64,000 bases of DNA from Candidatus Enterousia sp. (GCA_045613315.1 JAZLAV010000008.1:20828-84827); one strand, 5' to 3'. Positions 31,215 through 41,690 are shown, counted from the stretch's first letter. The notes: a model not told the origin generated them from the sequence alone. Program-made: numbers and translations.

Positions 31215-32036
31215 ATGATACAGACATCGGCATATTCCAAAACAATGAAAATCATGAAATCCGTCGCGGCGGCGGCGATTTTGCCTGTTCTTTTTATATA
31301 TATTATGATTGCAAAGCCCGATTATCGCATTATGAATGGACTAGCACATATTGTATTGCCGGTTGCCCATGCTGTTGGTGATGTTATAACGTGGCCGGTG
31401 CGTGTTGTTGGAAACACAATTTCAAATATTCACGAATTATCAACACTGCGCACTGAAAACGCAGAATTGCGCGTACGACTGGACGAAATAATGGCAAAAA
31501 TGACACAATGTGATGTATCTATTGCCGAAAATAAAATGATGATGCGTGAAATTGGTATTACCAATCAAATACCGCATAAAACAGTTATTGCAGATGTTAT
31601 TCATGATAATCGCGCATTACATCATAATATATTCATCATTAACCGCGGAACAAATGACGGAATTGCACCAGGAATGGTTGTTGTGTCGCCATCAAACCAA
31701 TTTGTTGGCACAATCATAGATGCCGGTGCGCGATTTGCACGCGTGCGCGCGGTCACAGATTCTGATACAAACATCGCGGTTCGTATCGCCGGGTACGAGG
31801 TTTATGGTTTTATCGATGGAAACGGTTCCAGTGTTCCAACAATCGGCTTTTTCAGTGACCCGCTTTTCCGGCCCGCATCAGATATGCATTTGATAACCAG
31901 TAATATAAGTGGTGTTTTGCCCGCCGGAATATATGTTGGCAAAATGAAGAACGCAACCGATGTTGATGTTTTGTCGCCCGGGACACTATCGCGTGTAATT
32001 GTTTTGCAATTTGATACAGATAACGAATACAAATGA
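31215..32036 (+). CDS. mreC: Rod shape-determining protein MreC
   Basis: N-terminal TM, a coiled coil (LRTENAELRVRL), and beta-barrel domains. Followed by mreD. Confidence 0.85.
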   Translation: MIQTSAYSKTMKIMKSVAAAAILPVLFIYIMIAKPDYRIMNGLAHIVLPVAHAVGDVITWPVRVVGNTISNIHELSTLRTENAELRVRLDEIMAKMTQCDVSIAENKMMMREIGITNQIPHKTVIADVIHDNRALHHNIFIINRGTNDGIAPGMVVVSPSNQFVGTIIDAGARFARVRAVTDSDTNIAVRIAGYEVYGFIDGNGSSVPTIGFFSDPLFRPASDMHLITSNISGVLPAGIYVGKMKNATDVDVLSPGTLSRVIVLQFDTDNEYK

Positions 32037-32491
32037 AGGAAAATATTATTCATTTTTTCCGCGCCGCGTTCCCGTTTTTAACGGTGATATTTTTATGGCG
32101 ATTGGCCATACCATTTTGGAATCCAGGTGGCATATTGGCAATTATTCCCGTATTTTATTGCACATTTATACGACCAAAACCGTGGTTTATGCCGTTTGGA
32201 TTGTTGTTTTGTTTTATGCTGGATTATAATTTGGGGCACTTGTTTTATTGGACCATTATTTATTGTTTATGTTATGCGATAAACGGTTTTCAATTTATTG
32301 TCGATTTACCAGAATTGGATTATAATGCGATTGATTTCTTTATGGTATTTATTGGTGTTGGTTTGTTGTTATCGGAAATATTGTATTTAAATTGGTCTGT
32401 GTTTGGTCGCTTGGTTTGGACGTTTGCGTGGATGTCTGCGTTATATTTACCGATAACGAATCTTATACGGGTGGTGCATAATGATAGATAA
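32033..32491 (+). CDS. mreD: Rod shape-determining protein MreD
   Basis: 152-aa polytopic membrane protein between mreC and mrdA, overlapping both. Called mainly from context. Confidence 0.7.
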   Translation: MKENIIHFFRAAFPFLTVIFLWRLAIPFWNPGGILAIIPVFYCTFIRPKPWFMPFGLLFCFMLDYNLGHLFYWTIIYCLCYAINGFQFIVDLPELDYNAIDFFMVFIGVGLLLSEILYLNWSVFGRLVWTFAWMSALYLPITNLIRVVHNDR

Positions 32492-34256
32492 AGAAGTCGC
32501 CAACCTTTTTGATCGTCGCAGCGCACTTTTTTTGGGTGGTGGTGCGTTTTTGACGACAATGTTGATATTGCGTATGTTGCAAATGCAGGTGTTTAACCAT
32601 AAATCATACCTTAAACAGAGTGAAAATAATTCATTTCGTATTCAGATAAATATGCCACCACGCGGAAAAATATTATCGCGTTCTGGCACGCCAATATCGC
32701 GCGATATGCCGATTTACCGCATATACATCGTTCCCGAAGAATCTGATGACATGGATGCGTTGGTTGATACGGTCGCACGCGAATTAAATCTGCGGGAAAA
32801 ACGCGTAAAAAAAATACGTGAAAAAATTGCCAAACAGCCAAAATTTCAACCCGTGTTGGTAAGCCAGAATACAGATTGGTCCGAATTGGCACGAATCCAG
32901 GCAAAAAATATGTCTGGATTGCGGGTTGCAAATGGATATGCCCGTGTATATGAAATGGGGCCGGCGGGTTCGCAATTTTTTGGATATGTTGGCGAACCGG
33001 TAAAACCAATCGCATCCGCGCCGTTTTATACAACTGGAATTACGGGTTTGGAAAAAAGATATAACAATGATTTGGCGGGAACACCCGGACAAACCGTTTT
33101 GATTACAAATGCCGTTGGACGGGTCACCGGTGAAGATAAATCGCAATATGTCGCACCAACGCCGGGGCTGGATTTACAAACAACAATTCACGACACGGCG
33201 CAACGCGTTATGTATGATGCATTAACCACGCATCGTGCGGGTTGCGGTGTTGCATTAAATGTTGAAAACGGCGATATCCTGGCAATGGTTTCAACACCGG
33301 GATTTGACCCAAATCTTTTTACATCGGACGATGGAGACGAATATATTGCATCACTTGTGACCGATAACGCAAAACCATTTATGAATAAAACGGTCGAAGG
33401 GTTATATCCACCTGGTTCAACGTTTAAAATTGTTGTTGCGTTGGCGGCATTGGAATCGGGCGCAATATCACCGAAACAAACTGTATTTTGTCCGGGGCAC
33501 TGGGACTATGGCGACCGGCGGTACCATTGTTGGGAACACAAGGGTCATGGTCGTGTCGATTTGGTTGGTGCGTTAAAACATTCGTGCGACATATATTTTT
33601 ATCAACTGGCATTAAAAATCGGCATTGACGCGATTAAACGTATGGCAATAAAACTTGGGTTCACAGAAAAATATATGGGTGATATTTTGGCGCGCGAAAT
33701 GCCTGGTGTTATACCAGATAAAAAATGGAAGGAAAAAAATACCGGCACGCAATGGGTTAACGGTGACACCGTTATTTCCGGTATTGGCCAGGGATTTATT
33801 TTGGTAAATTGTTTGCAATTGGCAACTATGTTGGCGCGTGTGGTATCAAATCGTGTGGTAAAACCGCGACTTATTATGTCCGACAAAAATCCGAATTTTG
33901 CACGTTTGGGTTTAAAAGAACAAAATATAAAATATGTATTATCTGGTTTGGAAGAGGTTACCAAGCCCGGTGGCACCGCCGCCGGTAGCGCAATAAATGT
34001 TGATGGCGCACGAATGGGCGGAAAAACCGGCACATCCCAGGTTCGCAGTATTTCCCGTGCCGAACGTCAACGCGGCGTTTTAACAAATGAACAATTACAG
34101 TGGAATATGCGAAATCATGGGCTTTTTGTTGGATATGCGCCGGCCGACAATCCAAAATATGTTGTGTGCATAATAACCGAACATGCGGGCGGTTCTGGAC
34201 CGGCGGCACGAACGGCTGCGGCGGTAATGCGCGAATTGCTGAAATCGGGGGCATAA
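32481..34256 (+). CDS. mrdA: Penicillin-binding protein 2 (elongasome transpeptidase)
   Basis: STFK, SGI(G) and KTGT motifs. Confidence 0.95.
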   Translation: MIDKEVANLFDRRSALFLGGGAFLTTMLILRMLQMQVFNHKSYLKQSENNSFRIQINMPPRGKILSRSGTPISRDMPIYRIYIVPEESDDMDALVDTVARELNLREKRVKKIREKIAKQPKFQPVLVSQNTDWSELARIQAKNMSGLRVANGYARVYEMGPAGSQFFGYVGEPVKPIASAPFYTTGITGLEKRYNNDLAGTPGQTVLITNAVGRVTGEDKSQYVAPTPGLDLQTTIHDTAQRVMYDALTTHRAGCGVALNVENGDILAMVSTPGFDPNLFTSDDGDEYIASLVTDNAKPFMNKTVEGLYPPGSTFKIVVALAALESGAISPKQTVFCPGHWDYGDRRYHCWEHKGHGRVDLVGALKHSCDIYFYQLALKIGIDAIKRMAIKLGFTEKYMGDILAREMPGVIPDKKWKEKNTGTQWVNGDTVISGIGQGFILVNCLQLATMLARVVSNRVVKPRLIMSDKNPNFARLGLKEQNIKYVLSGLEEVTKPGGTAAGSAINVDGARMGGKTGTSQVRSISRAERQRGVLTNEQLQWNMRNHGLFVGYAPADNPKYVVCIITEHAGGSGPAARTAAAVMRELLKSGA

Positions 34257-34257
34257 A

Positions 34258-35406
34258 ATGCAATACGGACATACACGCGTTTCAAATGCAAATATGATGA
34301 CAATTTCTGAAAAAATGGCACGTTTTTCGTGGGGATTATTCACGCCTATGTGCATTGTTTTGGCGATTTCCATAATTGTATTATATTCGGCCGGGCACGG
34401 TTCATGGCGACCATTTGCGTTATCACAATTCGCAAAAATGTTATTGGGTTTTGCGGTATTTTTTATTGCGTCTTTTTCGAACATAAAATTATGGATAAAA
34501 TCGGCCAATATTATATATGTCATCGCGTTGTTAACGATTGTATTGGTCACATTTGTTGGGCATACAGGTATGGGTGCACAACGATGGCTGAATATTGGTT
34601 TTATGACGATTCAACCATCAGAATTTATAAAAATTGCACTGGTAATGGCGTTGGCGCGTTATTTTGCATGGATGAATTCCGTGGAAATAACCCAGTTTAA
34701 AAATTACATTGTTCCGATACTAATGTTGTTAATGCCGTTTGGTTTAATTGTGGCACAACCAGATTTGGGAACTGCGTTATCATTGGGACTTATTACTGTC
34801 GGTATGTTTTATATTGTTGGTGCCCCAAAAAAATGGTTTATTATCGCGATAATATTGGGAATTATGGCGACACCTGTCGTATGGTATGGCGGTCTGCACG
34901 ATTATCAACGCGACAGAATTATTACTTTTATAAATCCTGATCACGATGCGCGTGGTGCCGGTTATCAAATTAACCAGGCAAAAATCGCATTCGGCAGTGG
35001 TGGATTTTTCGGCCAGGGATATATTCACGGTTCACAATCGCAACAATCGTTTTTACCGGAAAAACAAACGGACTTTATTTACACGATGTTGGGTGAAGAA
35101 TTTGGATTTTTTGGTGCGTTCACATTACTTATGATATACACATGGATTATTCTGGTGCTGTTTTGGTGCGCGAAAACATGCCGAAATCGATTTGGTCAAC
35201 TTATGTGTTTTGGTTTTATGTTGAACTTTTTCATTTATTATCTTATAAATATTTCGATGGTTTTGGGATTAATGCCAACCGTCGGTGTGCCGTTACCATT
35301 AATGTCGTTCGGTGGCAGCAGTTTGTTGTCACTTATGTTCGGGTTTGGTCTGGCACAAAACGCACACATACATAAAGATCAACAATTATCGGCAAAAGGA
35401 AGTTAA
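34258..35406 (+). CDS. rodA: Peptidoglycan glycosyltransferase RodA (SEDS family)
   Basis: SEDS signature (QPSEFIKI, LPEKQTDFI, GVPLPLMSFGGSS). Confidence 0.95.
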   Translation: MQYGHTRVSNANMMTISEKMARFSWGLFTPMCIVLAISIIVLYSAGHGSWRPFALSQFAKMLLGFAVFFIASFSNIKLWIKSANIIYVIALLTIVLVTFVGHTGMGAQRWLNIGFMTIQPSEFIKIALVMALARYFAWMNSVEITQFKNYIVPILMLLMPFGLIVAQPDLGTALSLGLITVGMFYIVGAPKKWFIIAIILGIMATPVVWYGGLHDYQRDRIITFINPDHDARGAGYQINQAKIAFGSGGFFGQGYIHGSQSQQSFLPEKQTDFIYTMLGEEFGFFGAFTLLMIYTWIILVLFWCAKTCRNRFGQLMCFGFMLNFFIYYLINISMVLGLMPTVGVPLPLMSFGGSSLLSLMFGFGLAQNAHIHKDQQLSAKGS

Positions 35407-35409
35407 AAA

Positions 35410-37695
35410 ATGAATCTTTTAATAGTCGAATCTCCATCCAAGGCAAAAACAATTGAAAAATACCTGGGGGCCGGGTGGCATGTTATTGCATCTGTTGGTC
35501 ATGTGCGTGATTTGGTACCAGAAAATGGCAGTGTTGATACCGAACATAATTTTGAAATGCGTTGGCAAATTATGCCCGGTAAAGAAAAACAAATAAAACT
35601 TATTACCGACGAACTTAAAAAGGCCGACGCCGTATATTTGGCATCTGACCCTGACCGCGAAGGCGAGGCGATTGCCTGGCATATTTTGGACATATTAAAA
35701 TCAAAAAAATTATTAACAAATAAACCGGTGTATCGTGTCGCTTTTCACGAAATTACCAAACGGGCCGTTTTGGCGGCAATTGAAAATCCGCGCGAAATAG
35801 ATGAAAATTTGGTTGATGCATATATGGTGCGACGCGCATTGGATTATTTAATCGGATTTGGTATTTCACCATTACTATGGCGACGCAATTTGGGGAAAAG
35901 CGCGGGCCGCGTGCAAAGTGTCGCCGTTAAATTGGTTGTCGACCGTGAACGCGAAATCGAAGATTTCAAGCCCGTTGAATATTGGTCTGTGGACGCAGAT
36001 TGCGAAACAAATAAATCAAAATTCAAATCTGCATTATGTTTGTTTAATGGCAAAAAAATTGAAAAAATGACCATTGAAAATAAACAAATGGTTGATGAAA
36101 TATTAAATAAAATTGGAACCCCGATAATTTCTGCAACCGTCAAAAATATCGATCGAAAAAAAACAACACGACATTCCGCCGCCCCATTTACCACAAGTAC
36201 ATTACAACAGGAAGCCGCGCGTAAATTATACTTTTCATCAAAACGCACCATGTCGGCCGCCCAGAAATTGTATGAAGCCGGTTTAATCACATATATGCGT
36301 ACGGATGCAACAAATTTGTCGGCGGATGCGGTTAATGAAATTCGCAACTTTATTGCCAAAACATACGGTGATAATTTTGTACCCAACAAACCAAATATAT
36401 ATGTGACTAAATCTAAAAATGCCCAGGAAGCCCACGAAGCAATCCGCCCAACACATTTTGATGGTGATACAAAACAATTATCGGGGGATGAAGCAAAATT
36501 ATATGATTTGATATGGAAGCGCACTATTGCATGTCAAATGACAAATGCTGAATTTGATTCTGTTGCGGCCGATATCGAAACAGATAATAAAATCGCAACA
36601 TTTCATGCGGTTGGAACAACACGAACATTTGATGGATTTATGCGTGTATATATTGAAACGCGCGATGATGACGATACAGACACTGAATCAAAATTGCCAC
36701 CGATGAATATTGGCGATAAAATTGATATTAAATCATTATTGCCGGAACAACACTTTACACAGCCACCTGCACGTTATACAGAAGCGTCACTGGTTAAAAA
36801 ATTGGAAGAGTTGGGTATTGGTCGTCCATCAACATACGCAACAATTATGTCAACAATTGTTGATCGTGATTATGTCGTTCAGGATAAACAACATCGTTTC
36901 CATCCAACATCGGGGGGTTGGGTTATCGCGGCATATTTGGATAAATATTTTGATGCGTTGGTTGATGTGAACTTTACCGCAAAAACAGAAGATACATTGG
37001 ACGATGTTTCAAACGGTAAAACGGAAAAATTGGATGCATTAAACGATTTCTGGAAACCAACAAAAACAATGATTGACGATGCGCGCGGTATCACAACCAC
37101 TGAAATTATCGACCAAATAAATCAATTTATGCATAAACATTTATTTAATGAAACAACCGATAAATGTCCGCAATGTGGCGGAAAACTGGGTATAAAACTT
37201 TCCAAATATGGTGCATTTATCGGATGTGAAAATTATCCAAAATGTAATTATACACAAAAGTTAGTTCAGAATTCAGAATCAAAAGTTCAGAGTTCAAATG
37301 ATGATAATACAAACAATGCAACCCCGGCAAAACCCACACATACAAGTGTTGAATTGGGTGATAGCATATCATTCAAAACAGGACGTTATGGTCCATATGT
37401 GACAAATGGTGAAAAAAATGTATCGGCAAAAAAATATACCGCCGAAACAATAACACTTGAAATAGCCCGCGAATTATTATCGGGCGATATAAAAAAAGCA
37501 GAACCTACAATTCTGGGTAAAAACCCGGCGACAGATGCGGAAATATATTATTATCCAACCGGCCGATATGGTGCATATATATCATCAAACCGGGTTAATG
37601 TTTCAGTCAAAGAAAAACCTGATTTAGAAACCGCAATAGATTTAATAAACAATAAAAAACCAAGTGCACGAAAGTTTATTCGACGCAGGAAGTGA
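35410..37695 (+). CDS. topA: DNA topoisomerase I
   Basis: Toprim (LIVESPSKAKTI), the catalytic region, and a C-terminal CPQCGG...CENYPKC zinc ribbon. Confidence 0.97.
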   Translation: MNLLIVESPSKAKTIEKYLGAGWHVIASVGHVRDLVPENGSVDTEHNFEMRWQIMPGKEKQIKLITDELKKADAVYLASDPDREGEAIAWHILDILKSKKLLTNKPVYRVAFHEITKRAVLAAIENPREIDENLVDAYMVRRALDYLIGFGISPLLWRRNLGKSAGRVQSVAVKLVVDREREIEDFKPVEYWSVDADCETNKSKFKSALCLFNGKKIEKMTIENKQMVDEILNKIGTPIISATVKNIDRKKTTRHSAAPFTTSTLQQEAARKLYFSSKRTMSAAQKLYEAGLITYMRTDATNLSADAVNEIRNFIAKTYGDNFVPNKPNIYVTKSKNAQEAHEAIRPTHFDGDTKQLSGDEAKLYDLIWKRTIACQMTNAEFDSVAADIETDNKIATFHAVGTTRTFDGFMRVYIETRDDDDTDTESKLPPMNIGDKIDIKSLLPEQHFTQPPARYTEASLVKKLEELGIGRPSTYATIMSTIVDRDYVVQDKQHRFHPTSGGWVIAAYLDKYFDALVDVNFTAKTEDTLDDVSNGKTEKLDALNDFWKPTKTMIDDARGITTTEIIDQINQFMHKHLFNETTDKCPQCGGKLGIKLSKYGAFIGCENYPKCNYTQKLVQNSESKVQSSNDDNTNNATPAKPTHTSVELGDSISFKTGRYGPYVTNGEKNVSAKKYTAETITLEIARELLSGDIKKAEPTILGKNPATDAEIYYYPTGRYGAYISSNRVNVSVKEKPDLETAIDLINNKKPSARKFIRRRK

Positions 37696-37716
37696 TTGGT
37701 TGTGGGTTGTAGGTAA

Positions 37717-39336
37717 ATGAATAAAACATATAATAATTTTACCGATGAACTGCGGCAACGACTATCAATCGTTGATGTTGTATCGCGTCGTGTACCACTT
37801 AATAAGAAGGGACAAAATTATTGGGGATGTTGTCCATTTCATAATGAAAAAACCCCGTCTTTTTCAGTATCCGAAGACAAGGGATTTTATCATTGTTTTG
37901 GTTGTGGTGAACACGGTGATATTATTTCTTTTACTATGAAATCTGAAAATGTGGATTTCAAAACTGCAATCCATGAATTGGCCGATATGGCGGGGTTAAA
38001 GGTGCCGGACTATAAACCACGCGACCCGGCCACCGTTGCCCGTGAAGAATCTTATGTTAATATTACCGACCACGCGGCAAGTATTTATCAAAAAAAATTG
38101 TTTGAACCATCGGGGGCCACTGCATTGGAATATGTTCGTCGTCGTGGTTTTACCGATGATATGATAAAAAAATATCGTATCGGGTACGCACCAAAAAATG
38201 GTATTATTTCTGGTACTTTTACAAATGTTAAACCAGATGCGTTAATTGCAACCGGCCTGGTTCGGCGTGGCGATTATGGATTATATGATTTTTTTCGTGA
38301 TAAATTAATGTTTCCGATATTTAATGCACACGGGGCAATAGTTGCCTTTTCTGGACGTTCGTTGGATGGATCGGAACCAAAATATATAAATACATCTGAT
38401 ACAGAAATGTTTCATAAACGGCAAACTATTTTCGGATTTAATTTTGCACGTGATGCAATTCATCGTGCCAACCGTTCCATTGTTGTCGAGGGGCAAATTG
38501 ATGCGATACAAATGCAATGCCATGGATTTGGTGAAACGGTCGCACCATTGGGTACTGCATTAACCGCGGACCATATTGCAATATTATGCAAATCCAATCG
38601 TAATATAACATTTTGTTTTGATGGCGATACCGCCGGGCAAAAGGCGGCGGTCCGCGCGTGTGATATTGTTTTACCATTTTTGCGTGATAATTCCGATGTT
38701 CGATTCGCATTTGTCACCGGTGGCAAAGACCCAGATGAAGTATTAAAATCTGGTGGTGAATCGGCAATGCGTAAAATCATAGATAACGCAACACCAATTA
38801 TCGATTTTTTATGGAACACAACAAATAAAAATTATATCGTTTCAACGCCGGGCGGCCGCAGCCAGGCGGAAAAGTTCCTTAAAACACAAATCGAAAAAAT
38901 AGTTGATGTTGATTTTCGTCGTGAAATTGAAAATGAATACAATTCACGTAAATTTAACAGTTGGCATAAATGGCGAAAAAATAAAGATGATATGCCACAA
39001 ATAGAATTACCATCCGTTGATGATATTACAAAAAAAACACTAGTTTATATTGTTAACACATACCCGGAATTGGTGGAAAGATATGGTGATTTTTTGGCGT
39101 CACTTAATCTGGATTTTGATTCAGAATATACACAACAAACAAAACTTGATATAACCGCATCAGAAAAATATATAGTTTCGTTGAAATTAAACAGATATAT
39201 AGAAAAACTTAAAAACGATAAAAAAACATTTATCCAAATGGGTCTTTCCGGCAATTCAAATATGACCGAACAAATCAAAAAAATAGATTCAGAAATTGCA
39301 TCTGCAAACGAAAAATTGGAAAATTTAATGGAATGA
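37717..39336 (+). CDS. dnaG: DNA primase
   Basis: CPFHNEKTPSF...CFGCGEHGD zinc finger and a Toprim domain. No rpoD follows. Confidence 0.95.
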   Translation: MNKTYNNFTDELRQRLSIVDVVSRRVPLNKKGQNYWGCCPFHNEKTPSFSVSEDKGFYHCFGCGEHGDIISFTMKSENVDFKTAIHELADMAGLKVPDYKPRDPATVAREESYVNITDHAASIYQKKLFEPSGATALEYVRRRGFTDDMIKKYRIGYAPKNGIISGTFTNVKPDALIATGLVRRGDYGLYDFFRDKLMFPIFNAHGAIVAFSGRSLDGSEPKYINTSDTEMFHKRQTIFGFNFARDAIHRANRSIVVEGQIDAIQMQCHGFGETVAPLGTALTADHIAILCKSNRNITFCFDGDTAGQKAAVRACDIVLPFLRDNSDVRFAFVTGGKDPDEVLKSGGESAMRKIIDNATPIIDFLWNTTNKNYIVSTPGGRSQAEKFLKTQIEKIVDVDFRREIENEYNSRKFNSWHKWRKNKDDMPQIELPSVDDITKKTLVYIVNTYPELVERYGDFLASLNLDFDSEYTQQTKLDITASEKYIVSLKLNRYIEKLKNDKKTFIQMGLSGNSNMTEQIKKIDSEIASANEKLENLME

Positions 39337-39347
39337 TTATAAAAAAA

Positions 39348-39391
39348 ACACCGGCAAACACCGGTGTTTTTTACTAATCACTAACCACTAG
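39348..39391. terminator. Terminator-element copy with heptamer arm (ychF side)
   Basis: Stem ACACCGG/CCGGTGT at 39348-39367. The arm ACTAATCACTAACCACTAG (39373-39391) provides the ychF TAG. Confidence 0.85.
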
Positions 39392-40467
39392 TTATTGAAC
39401 AAGAAATGGCAAATATCGCCATCCTGCATTACATAGTCACGACCGACTGTACGCATTTTGCCGGCCTCTTTGACCGCCAATTCACCGCCCAATTCCAACC
39501 AATCAACCGGTGAAATAATTTCGGCACGAATAAATCCCTTTTCGAAATCTGTATGAATCTTGCCCGCTGCTTGTGGTGCGGTCATACCACGTGTAATTGT
39601 CCACGCATGTGCCTCTTTTGGACCAACGGTATAAAATGTTTGCATCCCCAATGTTTCATAGCCAGTTTTAATAACCCTATCCAAACCAGATTCATTTAAC
39701 CCTAGTTCAGTTAAAAACATTTTTCTTTCGTCAATATCAACAATTTGTGCAATTTCCATTTCTATTTTTGATGAAATAACCAAAACCGGGGCATCCGAAC
39801 CTATTTTATTTTTAACCATATCGGAATATTTATTTCCGGTTGCAGCAGAATCTTCATCGACATTACATACATAAATAACAGGTTTTGCGGTTAATAAATT
39901 AAATTGCGTGGCGTCCACCCCACTTCTTCGCGCGGGCACCCCAGATTCCAAACCCTTTTTTATTATGTTTGCATCGGCCAGTGATTTTATCGCCGATTTA
40001 TCCAATCCATGTGCTTTCTTTTCAAGGTTTTTTATCTGTTTTTCCAAACTTTCCAAATCAGCCAATGCCAATTCTGTTTCAATCGTATCTATGTCCGACA
40101 ACGGGTCAATTTTTCCATCAACATGCACAATATCATCATTTTCAAAACAGCGAACAACATGAATAATCGCATCTGTTGATAAAATATTTCCCAGGAATTT
40201 ATTTCCCAATCCTTCGCCGGTCGATGCCCCACGAACCAGTCCCGCAATATCAACAATTTCCAACTGGGTCGGTATAATTTTTGCAGCATTAACCGTTGCC
40301 GCCAATTCATGCAAAGTTGCATCAGGTACAACAACACGACCAGTATTTGGTTCGATTGTACAAAATGGATAATTTTGTGCATCGGCCGCGGCACTTTGCG
40401 TCAATGCGTTAAAAAGTGTTGATTTACCAACATTTGGCAATCCGACAATTCCACAATTGAATCCCAT
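39388..40467 (-). CDS. ychF: Ribosome-binding ATPase YchF
   Basis: GIVGLPNVGKSTLFN and a C-terminal TGS-like domain. Confidence 0.97.
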   Translation of the reverse strand: MGFNCGIVGLPNVGKSTLFNALTQSAAADAQNYPFCTIEPNTGRVVVPDATLHELAATVNAAKIIPTQLEIVDIAGLVRGASTGEGLGNKFLGNILSTDAIIHVVRCFENDDIVHVDGKIDPLSDIDTIETELALADLESLEKQIKNLEKKAHGLDKSAIKSLADANIIKKGLESGVPARRSGVDATQFNLLTAKPVIYVCNVDEDSAATGNKYSDMVKNKIGSDAPVLVISSKIEMEIAQIVDIDERKMFLTELGLNESGLDRVIKTGYETLGMQTFYTVGPKEAHAWTITRGMTAPQAAGKIHTDFEKGFIRAEIISPVDWLELGGELAVKEAGKMRTVGRDYVMQDGDICHFLFNN

Positions 40468-40495
40468 TTAAAAATCCTTTATAATTGTGCTTAAT

Positions 40496-41176
40496 ATGTC
40501 ATACATGTGGGAAAATTTCAACATAAAACCGGTCCCCGCGGAAACAATAGTTTATCGCGATGGTGTGTTTTGTCCGGAATTATCAACAATCGAATCCGGT
40601 AAAATTGAAAAACACTATGATTTACCCGTACATATTATATATGTTGGTGAAATTGCCGGCGAACACCGGTTAAATATCGATTTAAATATTCCAAATCAAC
40701 GTGCGTTTTTATCTGTGAATATAAAAAACAAAATGCCGGCCTTTTTTAACATTTTTATCAAAAACACCGGGAAAAATTCTGAAATTCGTGGACATATTAT
40801 GTTGGATAATTACACAAATCTTGTATACGATTGTGTTGCAAATCATGGGGCGACAAACACCGGTATTTCTTTACAAAATAAATTGATTGCGGAAAAAGCA
40901 AGTATTTCTAAATTATCGGGTGTGGCAATTATAAACAAAAATTGTGAAAATTGTGATTCAGACATTAAATTTGCCGCCATCGCAGAAAATGATGCAAGAA
41001 TCGAATTTTTACCCGCCCAACGCATATCATCGATTCCGAACCATGCGGATCATGGTGCAACAATTTATACCCCAAAACCAATCCAAATTGATTTTTTACG
41101 TATGGCCGGTTTATCAACAAATGAATTGAAAAATGTTCTGCAAAACGCGTTTATGAACGATTTTTCACTTTTTTAA
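40496..41176 (+). CDS. SufB/SufD-domain protein (orphan SufD-like)
   Basis: Beta-helix-like repeat region and a C-terminus (ADHGATIYT...IDFLRMAGLS) resembling SufBD. The start is uncertain (40487 GTG, 40496 or 40505 ATG). Confidence 0.55.
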   Translation: MSYMWENFNIKPVPAETIVYRDGVFCPELSTIESGKIEKHYDLPVHIIYVGEIAGEHRLNIDLNIPNQRAFLSVNIKNKMPAFFNIFIKNTGKNSEIRGHIMLDNYTNLVYDCVANHGATNTGISLQNKLIAEKASISKLSGVAIINKNCENCDSDIKFAAIAENDARIEFLPAQRISSIPNHADHGATIYTPKPIQIDFLRMAGLSTNELKNVLQNAFMNDFSLF

Positions 41177-41247
41177 TAAAAAAATACCCCATGAAATAAC
41201 AATTTCATGGAATATCAAAAAACGCCAATCGCCATCGCGATATGGAT

Positions 41248-41382
41248 TTATTTTTTCTTGAACCCCTGTTTAGCCTTTAACTTAGGATTGGCTGGGTCAA
41301 TCAAGATAACCTGTTTACCACGGCGAATTTGTTTAATGTTGCCACGTTTTTTCCAGGCCTTTAATGAACTTAAAAATTTCAT
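41248..41382 (-). CDS. rpmJ: 50S ribosomal protein L36, Cys-less (YkgO-like) type
   Basis: My own translation gives MKFLSSLKAWKKRGNIKQIRRGKQVILIDPANPKLKAKQGFKKK (44 aa). An AAGGA SD is present. It is below the ORF-track size cut-off. Confidence 0.85.
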   Translation of the reverse strand: MKFLSSLKAWKKRGNIKQIRRGKQVILIDPANPKLKAKQGFKKK

Positions 41383-41405
41383 ATCTAAATCCTTTTTGTA
41401 TGGCG

Positions 41406-41433
41406 ATTATAACCGCTTTTTCTAAAAAATCAA
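41406..41433 (-). promoter_or_regulatory. Promoter of rpmJ (TTGATT-N16-TATAAT on minus strand)
   Basis: Plus-strand ATTATA at 41406-41411 and AATCAA at 41428-41433. Confidence 0.55.
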
Positions 41434-41470
41434 ATATTTATTATATATTTTTGTTGTTTTTATTGGGGCT

Positions 41471-41662
41471 GTTGAAATTGTTGAAAACTTTTTTCAGTTT
41501 TTTATTAACAGTTTTTTAACAATTTTTTGCCGGTTTTATAGGATTTTTATGTAAAATGTTGAAAAATAACGATGTTTTTCAACCTGTTAATAAAATTGAA
41601 TTTTTCAACAAAATTAACAATTTTCAGATTTTGCTTTTTATGCTTGTTGAAAATTGTTGAAA
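41471..41662. repeat. Array of GTTGAAA(A/T) boxes in both orientations upstream of virB3
   Basis: Forward copies start at 41471, 41480, 41558, 41646 and 41656. Reverse TTTCAAC copies lie at 41577 and 41603, with degenerate TTTTCAG at 41493 and 41621. Two tandem pairs have 9-10 bp spacing. Confidence 0.7.
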
Positions 41663-41672
41663 TTGTTATAAT
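41644..41672 (+). promoter_or_regulatory. Putative virB3 promoter (TTGTTG-N17-TATAAT) overlapped by repeat boxes
   Basis: -10 TATAAT at 41667-41672 and GGAGAG SD at 41682-41687. Confidence 0.5.
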
Positions 41673-41690
41673 AAATTCACCGGAGAGAAA

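Noticed and set aside
41207-41425. 72-aa plus-strand ORF from the track.
   Set aside because: The opposite strand encodes a clear L36 (rpmJ) with an SD and a promoter. The plus-strand ORF is its shadow.
41471-41662. GTTGAAA repeats as a CRISPR array.
   Set aside because: The repeats are only 7-9 nt, occur in both orientations and are irregularly spaced, with no spacer-like unique segments of constant length. No cas genes are present.
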